A stretch of DNA of 63,153 nt, filler included, from Stramenopiles sp. TOSAG23-6 (GCA_900128565.1; 48 parts of 48 records of this genome joined end to end with filler, not necessarily neighbours in it), one strand, 5' to 3'; positions 35,764 to 47,568 are shown, numbered from the whole stretch's first letter. Numbers and translations: made by a program. Notes: a model not told the origin generated them from the sequence alone.

Positions 35764-36912
35764 TGAAAACATGCATGGATTATGAAAAAATATTTCAAAA
35801 AAAAAAAACTCAAATTTGTTAGGTACAAAATTTCATACAAAAAAAACAATAAACTCGAAATTGAAAAAAAATAAAACATACAGGGTCGGATTCCCAACCT
35901 CGTGGTGCACTGCTACCCATTTCACTTCTATTGAGTTGTTGATCATAAAGATGTAAAATCATTGTACCTATATTGTGAAAAAGGTTTTTTGTTGGTACAA
36001 AATTTCATAAGAAAAAAATAAATTCGAAATTGAAAAAAAAATTGAAAAAAAAAAACATACCTACTGCAAAGACATCCATTGTGAAAAACTCACGTTTGGT
36101 CAACAATGAACCTTTCGAACTTCGTAACTCTCCATACTTTTCTCCTACACGTGGAAAGTATTATGAAAAAATATTTTAAATTCAATATTTTTGTTAGGTA
36201 CGAAATTTCGTACGGAAAAACCAACTACATTCGAAATTGAAAAACAATACAACATACGTCCTATATGCCACGTCATTTTGTAGATTCTTGACAAGCGTTT
36301 TATTAGTTTCATCCTTCGNNNNNNNNNNNNNNNNNNNCTTTTTCTTACTTCCATAATCAACTAAAGCAACTTTAATTTGACCATACTTTGTAATTTTTGT
36401 CATAATATTTTCAGCCTTTATATCACTGTTTATCCAACCTAAATCATTTAAATCCTTAATTGCCATCATTAATTGTCTAAATTTTTCCTTAAACACAACA
36501 TGAGGAGTATTTTGATTGCTTTTAAATTCTTTCGTATCTCCAAATATATCATCATACTTTTCAAATATTAAGGCATGACACCCCAATCTATTAATTGCAC
36601 CATAAAATTCAGGCATATATTGTGAAAAAATATTTTTTGGTTTTTATTAGGTACGAAATTTACTATAAAAANNNNNNNNNNNNNNNNNNNNNNNNNNNNN
36701 NNNNNNNNNNNNNNNNNNNNNNNNNNNAAAAAAAATAAAACATACATGTAATCCATGTGATAATTGTAATGTTTTGCATCACTTGAGATTTGAGTTATTA
36801 TTGTCTTTTCAATTTCAAAATGCTTTTTGTTTTTGAAAAGCTTGATTGCACGTAATTCACCATCTGCCAGATCTGCATTCTCTGCTGCTGCTAGTTCACG
36901 TACAATATACAC
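35764..36912 (-). CDS. Divergent Ser/Thr protein kinase, 5 exons
   Basis: RAIKLF, NSDIKAENIM, LVDYG, AYRT|P, MDVFAV|GTMILHL; introns 36615-36745, 36156-36257 (GT-TT), 35968-36060 (GT-AG), 35775-35881. Confidence 0.8.
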
Positions 36913-37647
36913 ATGTATTGTGAAAAAAAAACAAACAATTGTTAGGTACGAAATTTCGTACGAAAAAAAAATGTAGNNNNNNNNNNNNNNNNNNNNNNNN
37001 NNNNNNNNNNNNNNNNNNNNTTAATTAATTAANNNNNNNNNNNNNNNNNNNNNNNNNNNNNNNNNNNNNNNNNNNNCTGGAATTTAAATCCTATTACTGC
37101 TGCTAATCATATTGGTTCTTGTACTTCATTGTATAAATTACTGGACCCTAGTCACTCATGTATTGGTGAATACTATGTAGGACCTTGAACATAACCTAAT
37201 AAAATGCAAATCTTCCAAAGCTAAGCTACAGGAGGACAACCACAACCAAGGAAATGTGGATAATATATTTGATACATAATAACGACAATAATGGTAAAAC
37301 TTATAATGACTTTTAAGGGTTTTCTTNNNNNNNNNNNNNNNNNNNNNNNNNNNNNNNNNNNNNNNNNNNNNNNNNNNNNNNNNNNNNNNNNNNNNNNNNN
37401 NNNNNNNNNNNNNNNNNNNNNNNNNNNNNNNNNNNNNNNNNNNNNNNNNNNNNNNNNNNNNNNNNNNNNNNNNNNNNNNNNNNNNNNNNNNNNNNNNNNN
37501 NNNCTGGAATTTAAATCCTATTACTGCTGCTAATCATATTGGTTCTTGTACTTCATTGTATAAATTACTGGACCCTAGTCACTCATGTATTGGTGAATAC
37601 TATGTAGGACCTTGAACATAACCTAATAAAATGCAAATCTTCCAAAG

Positions 37648-38289
37648 CTAAGCTACAGGAGGACAACCACAACCAAGGAAATGTGGATAATATATTTGAT
37701 ACATAATAACGACAATAATGGTAAAACTTATAATGACTTTTAAGGGTTTTCTTGCAAATGCAGCAACTGATGAATCTTCTGTTGATAATGTCGACACTGA
37801 AGATATTGAAGATAATGTTGAACCTATACCAGATGATCCCCAAAACGCATCTTCATGTCGAATAGTGCCATTTTCAGGAGAACACATGGTGTTTGCATTC
37901 AACATTGTAGTTCCTATGTGTGCATAACTCCATTTTGCAACACCACAAGAAGCGCATCGTGTACGTTTACAATCTTCACAACGTACCGAAGATTTACTTC
38001 GTTTTAAGCTCCGTCTACGAGATTGAGACATGTTTCGATTAGTATATTTCTTAGATTTAAATTGAGTACTTCTAAGAATACTATTTTTTCTGGAATTTTT
38101 CTTGCCTTGATTAGAAAGTGATGTTTCATGACCTTCTTCTACTATATTTTCTGAGTACGAGTTCTGAAATTGACTTGAGGGTAGAATTTCGTATCCTATA
38201 TTAATTTTCTCTGTAACATTTACACTTTCAATAAATGTTGAACATTTAACAATTTCATTGTTTGGGGTTCTTATCGGCACTACTGTTTC
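37648..38289 (-). CDS. Hypothetical protein with CxxC motifs and a C-terminal transmembrane helix
   Basis: CEDCKRTRCASC; hydrophobic IISFTIIVVIMY. Confidence 0.5.
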   Translation of the reverse strand, partial: ETVVPIRTPNNEIVKCSTFIESVNVTEKINIGYEILPSSQFQNSYSENIVEEGHETSLSNQGKKNSRKNSILRSTQFKSKKYTNRNMSQSRRRSLKRSKSSVRCEDCKRTRCASCGVAKWSYAHIGTTMLNANTMCSPENGTIRHEDAFWGSSGIGSTLSSISSVSTLSTEDSSVAAFARKPLKVIISFTIIVVIMYQIYYPHFLGCGCPPVA

Positions 38290-38595
38290 NNNNNNNNNNN
38301 NNNNNNNNNNNNNNNNNNNNNNNNNNNNNNNNNTTAATTAATTAANNNNNNNNNNNNNNNNNNNNNNNNNNNNNNNNNNNNNNNNNNNNCGGAGATTTTC
38401 CGAAACCGTCAAACCAAAACGCCGAAAAAAAAAGTTTCAAAACAAAAACACAAGACAACGTCGGTTAAAAAGTTAAAAAATTGTTTTTTGTCGTTCTGGC
38501 GATTTTTATCTGTTACTTGCCTTGCACTAAAAAAAAAGTGTAGGTACTCACAACTTTCTCACTGTACATAAAAACAAAGAAGCAAATTCTACAAT

Positions 38596-39327
38596 ATGAA
38601 GATTTATCATGTGCACATTCTTTTATCAATACTTGTCGTACTATCTTCTATAACACCAAATGTGGCTCATTCAGGATTTTTTTCAAGTTTGCGAGGGTTT
38701 TTTGACACAAAAAAACGCAACAAACACCAAGAGGAAAAAAAACCGGATCCAGTAAAGTTAAAAAAACAAAATCCTTTTTCGAATCCACTGACAAGAGTCT
38801 ATCATGCGGGGACGGCAATGGCAACCGGTGTTCATAATGCGTTCGAGTCTTTTGGGAAACATTTGTCCAAACCGAAAGAATCATATCTTGAAAAGGCCGA
38901 AAAGGCTGCAAGAAAGGCTGATGGATCGTTCAAACACTACCTCCCCGCCATGCACAAGCGGTTTCACAAAGGAGAATCATTTCTTTCCAAAATCAAGAGG
39001 AAAACCAAGCCTTTTCGGAAAGCTTTCTCTGCAATGATAGGCGATATGAAAGTTAACTGCAAAGACAAAAAAACAGAGAAGAATTGTGAAGAAATCACTG
39101 GCTGTACATGGTGCCCTGGTGGAATAACGGATTTGAGGAAGGTTCGTAAGGCTTTAGATTCTTCTTATAATCGGTGGGTAGACGGAGAAGTAGACCAAAA
39201 CGATAAATGGAAACTAAAAAAATGGGGAATTTTTCAAAAGTGCTCAAACTCGCGGAATTTCAAAAAGAGTAATAAGTATTACATTAAGACAGGGAAGGAG
39301 AAATATCAGTGTCACAATGTTGATTGA
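38596..39327 (+). CDS. Secreted Lys-rich protein with a small Cys motif (complete, intronless)
   Basis: Signal peptide; C-x7-C-x5-CTWC motif. Confidence 0.65.
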   Translation: MKIYHVHILLSILVVLSSITPNVAHSGFFSSLRGFFDTKKRNKHQEEKKPDPVKLKKQNPFSNPLTRVYHAGTAMATGVHNAFESFGKHLSKPKESYLEKAEKAARKADGSFKHYLPAMHKRFHKGESFLSKIKRKTKPFRKAFSAMIGDMKVNCKDKKTEKNCEEITGCTWCPGGITDLRKVRKALDSSYNRWVDGEVDQNDKWKLKKWGIFQKCSNSRNFKKSNKYYIKTGKEKYQCHNVD

Positions 39328-39784
39328 CATCGACATAAAAGACAGAAGAAGAAGTCTGAAATCAATGGAAATCAAGCTATTATATAACTCAATGATTTAT
39401 GTTAATCTAAAAGCAAGGTGTCATCAAAATTAGATTACTAGATATATATAAAAATCATTGTGCACAGCATTTATGTTTATCATCTTTTTTTTTATTACTT
39501 TTAATAATTTTATTGTATTGCTTGCTTAGTCAATCAATATTGATTTTTTCTTCGCTGAATCCTTTTAATCTTCTTCAATATGTTCAATATATTGATTAGC
39601 ANNNNNNNNNNNNNNNNNNNNNNNNNNNNNNNNNNNNNNNNNNNNTTAATTAATTAANNNNNNNNNNNNNNNNNNNNNNNNNNNNNNNNNNNNNNNNNNN
39701 NTATAAAAAAATATTTCAATTTTCTTTTCATTAGGTACAAAATTTCGTACGAAAAAAAATTATACAAAAAAAGAAAAAACGTAC

Positions 39785-40267
39785 ATCAATTCGTAATCTG
39801 CTTCTACTTTTCTCATTTTTAGACATTGAAAGTACCCAACCATCGTTCCCTTTAGTAATATCACGGCCACCATCAGATTCAGAGTCGGATATCGCCTTGT
39901 TCAATTCTCCAAAAATAAAGAAGTCTTCTTCATTAGTTTTGGAGCTTTTCTTTCTCGAAGAACTTTTCTTAGTTGGGGATTTGGATCTCTTCTTAGTTGG
40001 AGATTTAGACCTTCTCTTTGGTGACGCCGATCTCTTTCTCTTTGGTGACGCCGATCTCCTCTTCTTTGTGACAGACTTCTTTCTTGCTTTTGGCGATGCT
40101 TTTCTCTTTTTCGTTGATGTCTTTTTTGGTGTTTTTGATTTTGCTTTCTTCGCACGAGCTTTAATGGCCTTCGCAGCCCTTGCTTTTTGCTTTTTCTTCG
40201 CTGCCTCTCGCGCTTTCTGAACTGGAGACTTCTTCCGTGAAGGAGATTTTGTTCTTGATCGAGGCAT
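39785..40267 (-). CDS. Protein with a histone-H1-like K/R/S/P-rich N-terminus, first exon
   Basis: MPRSRTKSPSRKK start; SPK/SPT repeats; family donor at 39784. Confidence 0.6.
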
Positions 40268-40565
40268 GGTACAACTATAATTTATGCACGAAAATCTTTC
40301 GTTGGCGCGCAACTTTTGTAAAGTTGAGAGGCTGGATCTAAGTAAGATCGACGCGTCAAAACTTCCAATCTTCCAATCTCAAATCGCCGATCGCCGCGGC
40401 GTCTAGGGTTAGGGTTAGTAACGGTTTCAGGAAATTTTGACTTCTCCACAAACAAAGTTATTACCTTTCGTAAAATCGTAATAATAGTAACTTTCACTTC
40501 AAACTTGATCACTTCGTGCCTTACAATGATTATTTGCGATAGTCATTAAAGACTACACATAACAA

Positions 40566-40848
40566 ATGAAACCAGTTTCAGATTATCATGATAGTTATAG
40601 AGAGTTCAAAGAACGGGATAGTTCTGGTTTCCACGTAAGTCCAACTAATGTAAATTTATTAGATATGCAAAGAATTCAAAGTGGGAGTGATGACGATAGT
40701 CAGTCTGAAAGTCTTGTTGGAGGTAATATGAATGAGCGACCCCCTATTGGTTCCTCGGGACGTGATAAATACTCATTATCACGTAATGCGTCACGGCATG
40801 GTACGCCGAGACTTGGGAAACGCATTACTGAAGACATTGCTGACTCAT
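40566..40848 (+). CDS. Hypothetical protein, first exon
   Basis: Open frame from ATG to a family donor at 40849. Confidence 0.5.
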
Positions 40849-41068
40849 GTATGTTTTATTTTTTTTTTTTACAAAAAAATCGAATTTATTTTTCATACGA
40901 AATTTTGTACCTANNNNNNNNNNNNNNNNNNNNNNNNNNNNNNNNNNNNNNNNNNNNTTAATTAATTAANNNNNNNNNNNNNNNNNNNNNNNNNNNNNNN
41001 NNNNNNNNNNNNNGTACGAAATTTTGTACCTAACGAATTTTTTTTTGAAATATTTTTCCAAAATACAT

Positions 41069-41514
41069 GTTTCGTACAAGCAAAGGAATGGGTGTGCGTA
41101 TGAATGGATGTTTGAGTGGTTTTGCACCTGCGATGAATGGTTTACTTGAAAGTTCAATTTTCACTCAGAATATTTGTTCGACAGTTGTTACTCATGTACT
41201 TGTACGTTTTATATGAATTTCTAATTTAATTTTTTTTTTTGGTTTCATACGAAATTTCGTACCTAACGATTTTTTTTTTCCGGTAAAAAATATTTTTTCA
41301 CAATACTTGTACGTTGTTCTTTTTACTTTCAAAAGTTATTTATTTTTATACCTAATACAAAGGTTTTGTACCTAACGTATTTCAAATTTGACATATTTTT
41401 TCACAATACTTGCCCCACGTCCTGGAGAAACAATCATTGATATGTGTGCAGCACCTGGAGGCAAATCAACTCATATTGGCGCACTTATGAAAAACGAAGG
41501 AATTCTTGTTTCAT
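41069..41514 (+). CDS. NSUN6: NSUN6-like tRNA m5C methyltransferase, exons 41069-41201 and 41412-41514
   Basis: GMGVRM...QN..S.VV.HVL|APRPGETIIDMCAAPGGKSTHI. Confidence 0.88.
41202..41411 (+). other. Two abutting GT...TT intron units (41202-41308, 41309-41411) with no exon between them
   Basis: CTT|GTACGTT...CAATACTT|GTACGTT...CAATACTT|GCC; each unit has its own GTACCTAAC and ATAT box. Confidence 0.85.
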
Positions 41515-41615
41515 GTATGTTATTTTTTTTTCAATTTCGAATTTATTTTTTTATAAAAATTTTGTACCTAACAAATTTTTTAGAATTTTTTTTGAAATAT
41601 TTTTTCATCATACAT

Positions 41616-42172
41616 ACAACTAGCTCAGAAAAGTCTATATAGTGCTGCGACTGCAAAAATGGACGATAATGGTATTGCTATAGCTTTTGTTTTACACATT
41701 ATCGCTGTAACTTCAATTAGTATGTACGTTTTCATTTCAATTTTTTTACCTACATTTTATTTTTTCATAGTAAATTTTGTACCTAACAAAAAACATGTAC
41801 TAAAACAAAATATTTTTCATCATATATGATTTTATGGAATGTGTTACCGAAAAGTATGAAAAAATACATTGAAATTTCAAATATAAACCAATCGGAGAAT
41901 ACAACAGTACAAAACACTTTGAAATATTACGTGTCTCTTGTGTTTAGTTTTTCAATGCAATCTATGGCAGATGACATGTACATTTTCATCATTGATTTCA
42001 ATTCGTTTTTTTTTTTATACGAAATTTTGTAGTTAACAAAAAAAACTCAAAAAAAATATTTTTTCACAAAATATGTTTTTAGTCATTGGATTTATAGTTA
42101 CACTTATTGGAATGACAAGTAGTTCAATAATTGAGAATGAACATTGCGTTTGGTATTTTTTACTTACTTCTT
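41616..42172 (+). CDS. PIGG: GPI ethanolamine-phosphate transferase (PIGG/GPI7-like), transmembrane exons
   Basis: MTSSSIIENEHCVWYF (compare ASSxVEEEHxxWYF); GT-AT introns 41724-41827 and 41978-42074. Confidence 0.65.
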
Positions 42173-42325
42173 GTACGTTTTCATTTCAATTTCGAATTTA
42201 TTTATTTTTTCGTACGAAATTTTGTNNNNNNNNNNNNNNNNNNNNNNNNNNNNNNNNNNNNNNNNNNNNTTAATTAATTAANNNNNNNNNNNNNNNNNNN
42301 NNNNNNNNNNNNNNNNNNNNNNNNN

Positions 42326-42749
42326 AAAAATCGAAAATTGGTCTCAAAAGGTGGTTTTTTGTTTGTTTTCAATTTTTTTTTTTTTTTTTTTTTAGTATGA
42401 AATTTTGTACATAACAAAAAAAAAAATTTAAAATTATACGTAACAAAAAAAACGAATTCAAAATATTTTTTCACGATACATAGAAGATAAATTTGGACAA
42501 GAACAAATTAGCCGATTAAAGAAAGAAGGATTTAAAAGTCATTCAACGTACAAAACGTTTTTACTTCAAATTCCTGATTTAACTCAAGAAGAGCTTAAAA
42601 ACATGTATTGGTACAGTTCTAGTGCAAAACTTTCTGCTGAGGGAAAAAAAAGACAGAGAGAAAAAAAAGGCTTTTTTGAGGTCCCTTTAGTATATCATTA
42701 CTGCGGTCGATCATACAAAACTGATAATCCCTCAAATTTCAAAAAATAA
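42326..42749 (+). CDS. Hypothetical protein, C-terminal exons (intron 42361-42481)
   Basis: Open frame SKGGFL|EDKFGQEQ...NFKK*; missing from the ORF track. Confidence 0.55.
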
Positions 42750-43017
42750 AAAAAATATTAGGTACAAAATTTCGTACGAAAAAAAAAAAAATCAAAAAAA
42801 AAGTCTCTTTAGCGAGTTATTTACATAATACAGTTGTAGAGGATATAACTGATTTTATTATAAATTATAAATCTACTATTTGATATAAATATCGTAGATT
42901 TGAATATAACCAGTATTGACAAGAAGGATGGCACTTCATTCATACTTTCGAAATTGAAATTTTTTTTTGGTATGAAATTTCGTAACTAACAAATTTCGAA
43001 TTTGCTTAGTGTCACTT

Positions 43018-43536
43018 TCAAAAAGACATTTTGCGTGGAGTCTCAGATATACTAGTAATTTCTCTACTTGACACGTCACGTGTGTGGTGCTTTATAGGAG
43101 TATCTGCTATAATACTAATGACTCCTGGATTTCTTGGACTATTCGGTGCATTTTTCATCGGCGTTGAAATCTCTGTGAAAGGATTGAAATTTCTATTAGT
43201 ATTACTGCCTCTACGAGGACGAAATGGCTGTTTTGTTGGAGTATCTTGAATTACAGTCACAGAAGATGAAGTTACTTCCATTGGACGAACATTTTCGTTT
43301 TGTGTGCTTTGGATTTGTATTGGATGTAGTTGTATCTTTTTATGAGTTGATCCTACATGTATTGTAAAAAACAATGTAAAAAACGATTTTTTTCTTAGGT
43401 ACAAAATTCCGTACGAAAAAAAAACTAAATTTAAAATTGAAAACAAAATAAACCATACATGTAAGGATGGCGATTGTGTCCATCTTCGCCTTTTTTTTAA
43501 GGGAGGCGATTTTGTTGCAGACTCTTTTCCGTTGCA
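43018..43536 (-). CDS. TP/SP-rich hypothetical protein, C-terminal exons (intron 43357-43458)
   Basis: VIQDTP, IIADTP and ISETP repeats; frame restored by intron removal. Confidence 0.55.
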   Translation of the reverse strand, partial: CNGKESATKSPPLKKRRRWTQSPSLHVWFILFSILNLVFFSYGILYLRKKSFFTLFFTIHVGSTHKKIQLHPIQIQSTQNENVRPMEVTSSSVTVIQDTPTKQPFRPRRGSNTNRNFNPFTEISTPMKNAPNSPRNPGVISIIADTPIKHHTRDVSSREITSISETPRKMSF

Positions 43537-43636
43537 NNNNNNNNNNNNNNNNNNNNNNNNNNNNNNNNNNNNNNNNNNNNTTAATTAATTAANNNNNNNN
43601 NNNNNNNNNNNNNNNNNNNNNNNNNNNNNNNNNNNN

Positions 43637-44847
43637 AAAAATCGAAAATTGGTCTCAAAAGGTGGTTTTTTGTTTGTTTTCAATTTTTTTTTTTTTTTTT
43701 TTTTAGTATGAAATTTTGTACATAACAAAAAAAAAAATTTAAAATTATACGTAACAAAAAAAACGAATTCAAAATATTTTTTCACGATACATAGAAGATA
43801 AATTTGGACAAGAACAAATTAGCCGATTAAAGAAAGAAGGATTTAAAAGTCATTCAACGTACAAAACGTTTTTACTTCAAATTCCTGATTTAACTCAAGA
43901 AGAGCTTAAAAACATGTATTGGTACAGTTCTAGTGCAAAACTTTCTGCTGAGGGAAAAAAAAGACAGAGAGAAAAAAAAGGCTTTTTTGAGGTCCCTTTA
44001 GTATATCATTACTGCGGTCGATCATACAAAACTGATAATCCCTCAAATTTCAAAAAATAAAAAAAATATTAGGTACAAAATTTCGTACGAAAAAAAAAAA
44101 AATCAAAAAAAAAGTCTCTTTAGCGAGTTATTTACATAATACAGTTGTAGAGGATATAACTGATTTTATTATAAATTATAAATCTACTATTTGATATAAA
44201 TATCGTAGATTTGAATATAACCAGTATTGACAAGAAGGATGGCACTTCATTCATACTTTCGAAATTGAAATTTTTTTTTGGTATGAAATTTCGTANCTAA
44301 CAAATTTCGAATTTGCTTAGTGTCACTTTCAAAAAGACATTTTGCGTGGAGTCTCAGATATACTAGTAATTTCTCTACTTGACACGTCACGTGTGTGGTG
44401 CTTTATAGGAGTATCTGCTATAATACTAATGACTCCTGGATTTCTTGGACTATTCGGTGCATTTTTCATCGGCGTTGAAATCTCTGTGAAAGGATTGAAA
44501 TTTCTATTAGTATTACTGCCTCTACGAGGACGAAATGGCTGTTTTGTTGGAGTATCTTGAATTACAGTCACAGAAGATGAAGTTACTTCCATTGGACGAA
44601 CATTTTCGTTTTGTGTGCTTTGGATTTGTATTGGATGTAGTTGTATCTTTTTATGAGTTGATCCTACATGTATTGTAAAAAACAATGTAAAAAACGATTT
44701 TTTTCTTAGGTACAAAATTCCGTACGAAAAAAAAACTAAATTTAAAATTGAAAACAAAATAAACCATACATGTAAGGATGGCGATTGTGTCCATCTTCGC
44801 CTTTTTTTTAAGGGAGGCGATTTTGTTGCAGACTCTTTTCCGTTGCA
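43637..44847. repeat. Duplicate of contig 42326-43536 (redundant assembly entry)
   Basis: Same length, same ends and same ORFs; the only difference I saw is one N. Confidence 0.95.
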
Positions 44848-45530
44848 NNNNNNNNNNNNNNNNNNNNNNNNNNNNNNNNNNNNNNNNNNNNTTAATTAAT
44901 TAANNNNNNNNNNNNNNNNNNNNNNNNNNNNNNNNNNNNNNNNNNNNTCTTAGTGAAGGCTTAGATAAAAAGATATAACAGCTCATATATCTCAAACAGT
45001 ACAGCTCCGATTTTTTCTTAAAATTTATTTAACTTAGGGTAGGACAAAAGCTATCAGATCATTCAGCTTTAAAGTGAAAGTTGCATAAAAAATGTACCCG
45101 GTGACGCTCAAAGCTTTGAATCTAATTTTCGGTTAAAAAATCCATCTTCAACTGTAGAGCATCATCTTTAATCAACAGTTCTATCTTCAGAAAGAAAGAA
45201 AAAAAAAACTTAACAAACTTGATGTCCTTATGAGACAAAAATAAATATAATTTTAATGAGAAAAAAATATACTTTTAAACTTTTGGTTTTTATTCGATAA
45301 ATTAATTATTATTGTATTGTTATCTTATTTTGTTGCCGCCCGAAATAAATCTAAATCAAAAACGTCAGTCCGGGACGTTGAACTTGACAGTTATTTTTTC
45401 ACTTTCATCAGATCGTCCACACGAAGAGAATTTCATCTATTATTATATTCTTATCACCGATAGGATGGTAGAATGGACAATGAAGTATTGTTGAATTTAT
45501 TTAAAGAGCTAAATTGAATGAAACATTCAG

Positions 45531-46158
45531 ATGAACGGCAATTTTCCAAAAAGTAAACCCGGCTCAGTAACTCCAAACACGCGCTCAATTCAGTCAGCTA
45601 TTCTACCAATAAATACATCTCGATTCAACCAGGTTATATCGGATAAATCAAATAGATATTTGCTCGAGTCTTTATTGAGCTATTTCCCTGGAATTTTGGA
45701 AAATGAAATTAGTCGAATACATCAAAGTATTANNNNNNNNNNNNNNNNNGCAGATCAATGGGTAAAGATATTTGACTCATTTACGTCTGATAACGATACT
45801 TATAAGTCTTGGGTACAACAACATGATATACTGGAAGTACGACTGAAAAAAATGTTTACAAGAATGAAAAAAAAATCTTCTACAGATGTCTTGAAAAATA
45901 ATAATATTGATCTTTGCTTAAATGAAACTGTAAAAATAGATCCTTTAACATCATTTCATGTCTTGCATAGTAAGATTATTGGAGAAAATGAATTTATAGG
46001 TGTAGAAGATAGAATAGATTACCTAAATACAAAATGTGATAAAAAAAAGAATTACGCAAAATGTAAAAATTTTCAAACCTCTTTCTGTTTGTGTAACGCA
46101 AATGTATGCCAATGCCATATTGTTGAATTTTATGTGTTATCGGGAACAATGAAGAGTG
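45531..46158 (+). CDS. Hypothetical protein, partial
   Basis: About 209 open codons; no motif recognised. Confidence 0.4.
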
Positions 46159-46635
46159 NNNNNNNNNNNNNNNNNNNNNNNNNNNNNNNNNNNNNNNNNN
46201 NNTTAATTAATTAANNNNNNNNNNNNNNNNNNNNNNNNNNNNNNNNNNNNNNNNNNNNAAAGACACATTACTGAGTACACTTTCATTATTTGGAAGCATC
46301 ATTGCTTTACGGGCTTTCGCTTTTGAATTCATTATTTTGTGGTGCTCTTCAAACTCAGAGGATACACAAAAAAAGGATGAAAAAACTTGTTTTTAGAGGT
46401 ATCTTTCAAGTGCTTGTGCTTGTCAAACGTTTCAAAAGTGAAACGAAACGACATGCGCTGATTTTTCTATATTTAGGTAAGAATTTTCGTATATAATAAA
46501 TACGAAATCGGAAATTCGATTCCAAGTCATGTCAATTCAATCATCAAAAAAGTGGCAAAATTGTGTTTCGTTTTTGCATTCTTTTTTGACACAACAGATA
46601 GACCACAGAAACTTCATTTATTTATTACGCTTTCG

Positions 46636-47219
46636 ATGGAGCGCCATGTTGACTACTATGGTGAAAACGCTACGGAAGAATTGGATATGGAAGCAAAGTT
46701 TAAGAATCAGATGGAATTTCAGATAAATGAATTCTTCGCGAAGCAGACGGCTATCATCCGTAATCTGAAGGTAAATGACCGCGAAGGTACGTAATTCTTG
46801 CCAAACCCTCTCACTTTCCTTTCTCAAAATTATCAGCGACCCTACACAAAATTATCAATACTCGTATATCACTATTTTCTCATACATCCATATTCACTTA
46901 GATATTCACTATTAATACAGATTTTAAGAATCATAATGACCTTCCTTTAGCTCGCATAAAGCGTATAATGAAAGCCGACGATGACGTCCGCATGATCCGC
47001 GCAGAGGCTCCAGTTCTGTTTGCAAAGGCATGTGAACTTTTTATTCTCGAACTAACCATGCGGGCTTATAGTCACTCAATCAACAAAGAGCGTCGGAATT
47101 TACAGAAAGAAGATATATATGGAGCAGTCCAAACTACAGATATTTTTGATTTCCTTGAAGACATCCTAATAGAAAAAGAAAATAATCTTCAGCAACTAGA
47201 AAGGGAACAGCAAAGTTAA
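46636..47219 (+). CDS. NFYC: Nuclear factor Y subunit C (histone fold), 2 exons, GT-AG intron 46787-46920
   Basis: [46 protein letters not shown]. Confidence 0.92.
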
Positions 47220-47568
47220 AAAAATAAAATAGCCATATGTTTACGCTAAAATATGTTTGTGTGAGTATGACTTAATCTTCAGTCTGTTTGATTACATTTT
47301 TTAAAGTACAAATTGCACATTACTTTGTGTATTATGTCACAATTATCATGAATTTTAAATTTATTTTTTTTTTTCGTACCCAAATTTTGTACCTAATGAT
47401 TCTTTTTTTTTTTTCAATATCCCCTACAGAATAAATATACTTGAGTAACACTAATTTTGAGAAATAAANNNNNNNNNNNNNNNNNNNNNNNNNNNNNNNN
47501 NNNNNNNNNNNNTTAATTAATTAANNNNNNNNNNNNNNNNNNNNNNNNNNNNNNNNNNNNNNNNNNNN

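Noticed and set aside
37077-37753. 250-bp direct repeat flanking an N gap
   Set aside because: Exact overlap on both sides of a scaffold gap, typical of unmerged contig ends.
42326-44847. Tandem gene duplication
   Set aside because: Two separate contigs with identical ends; redundant assembly output.
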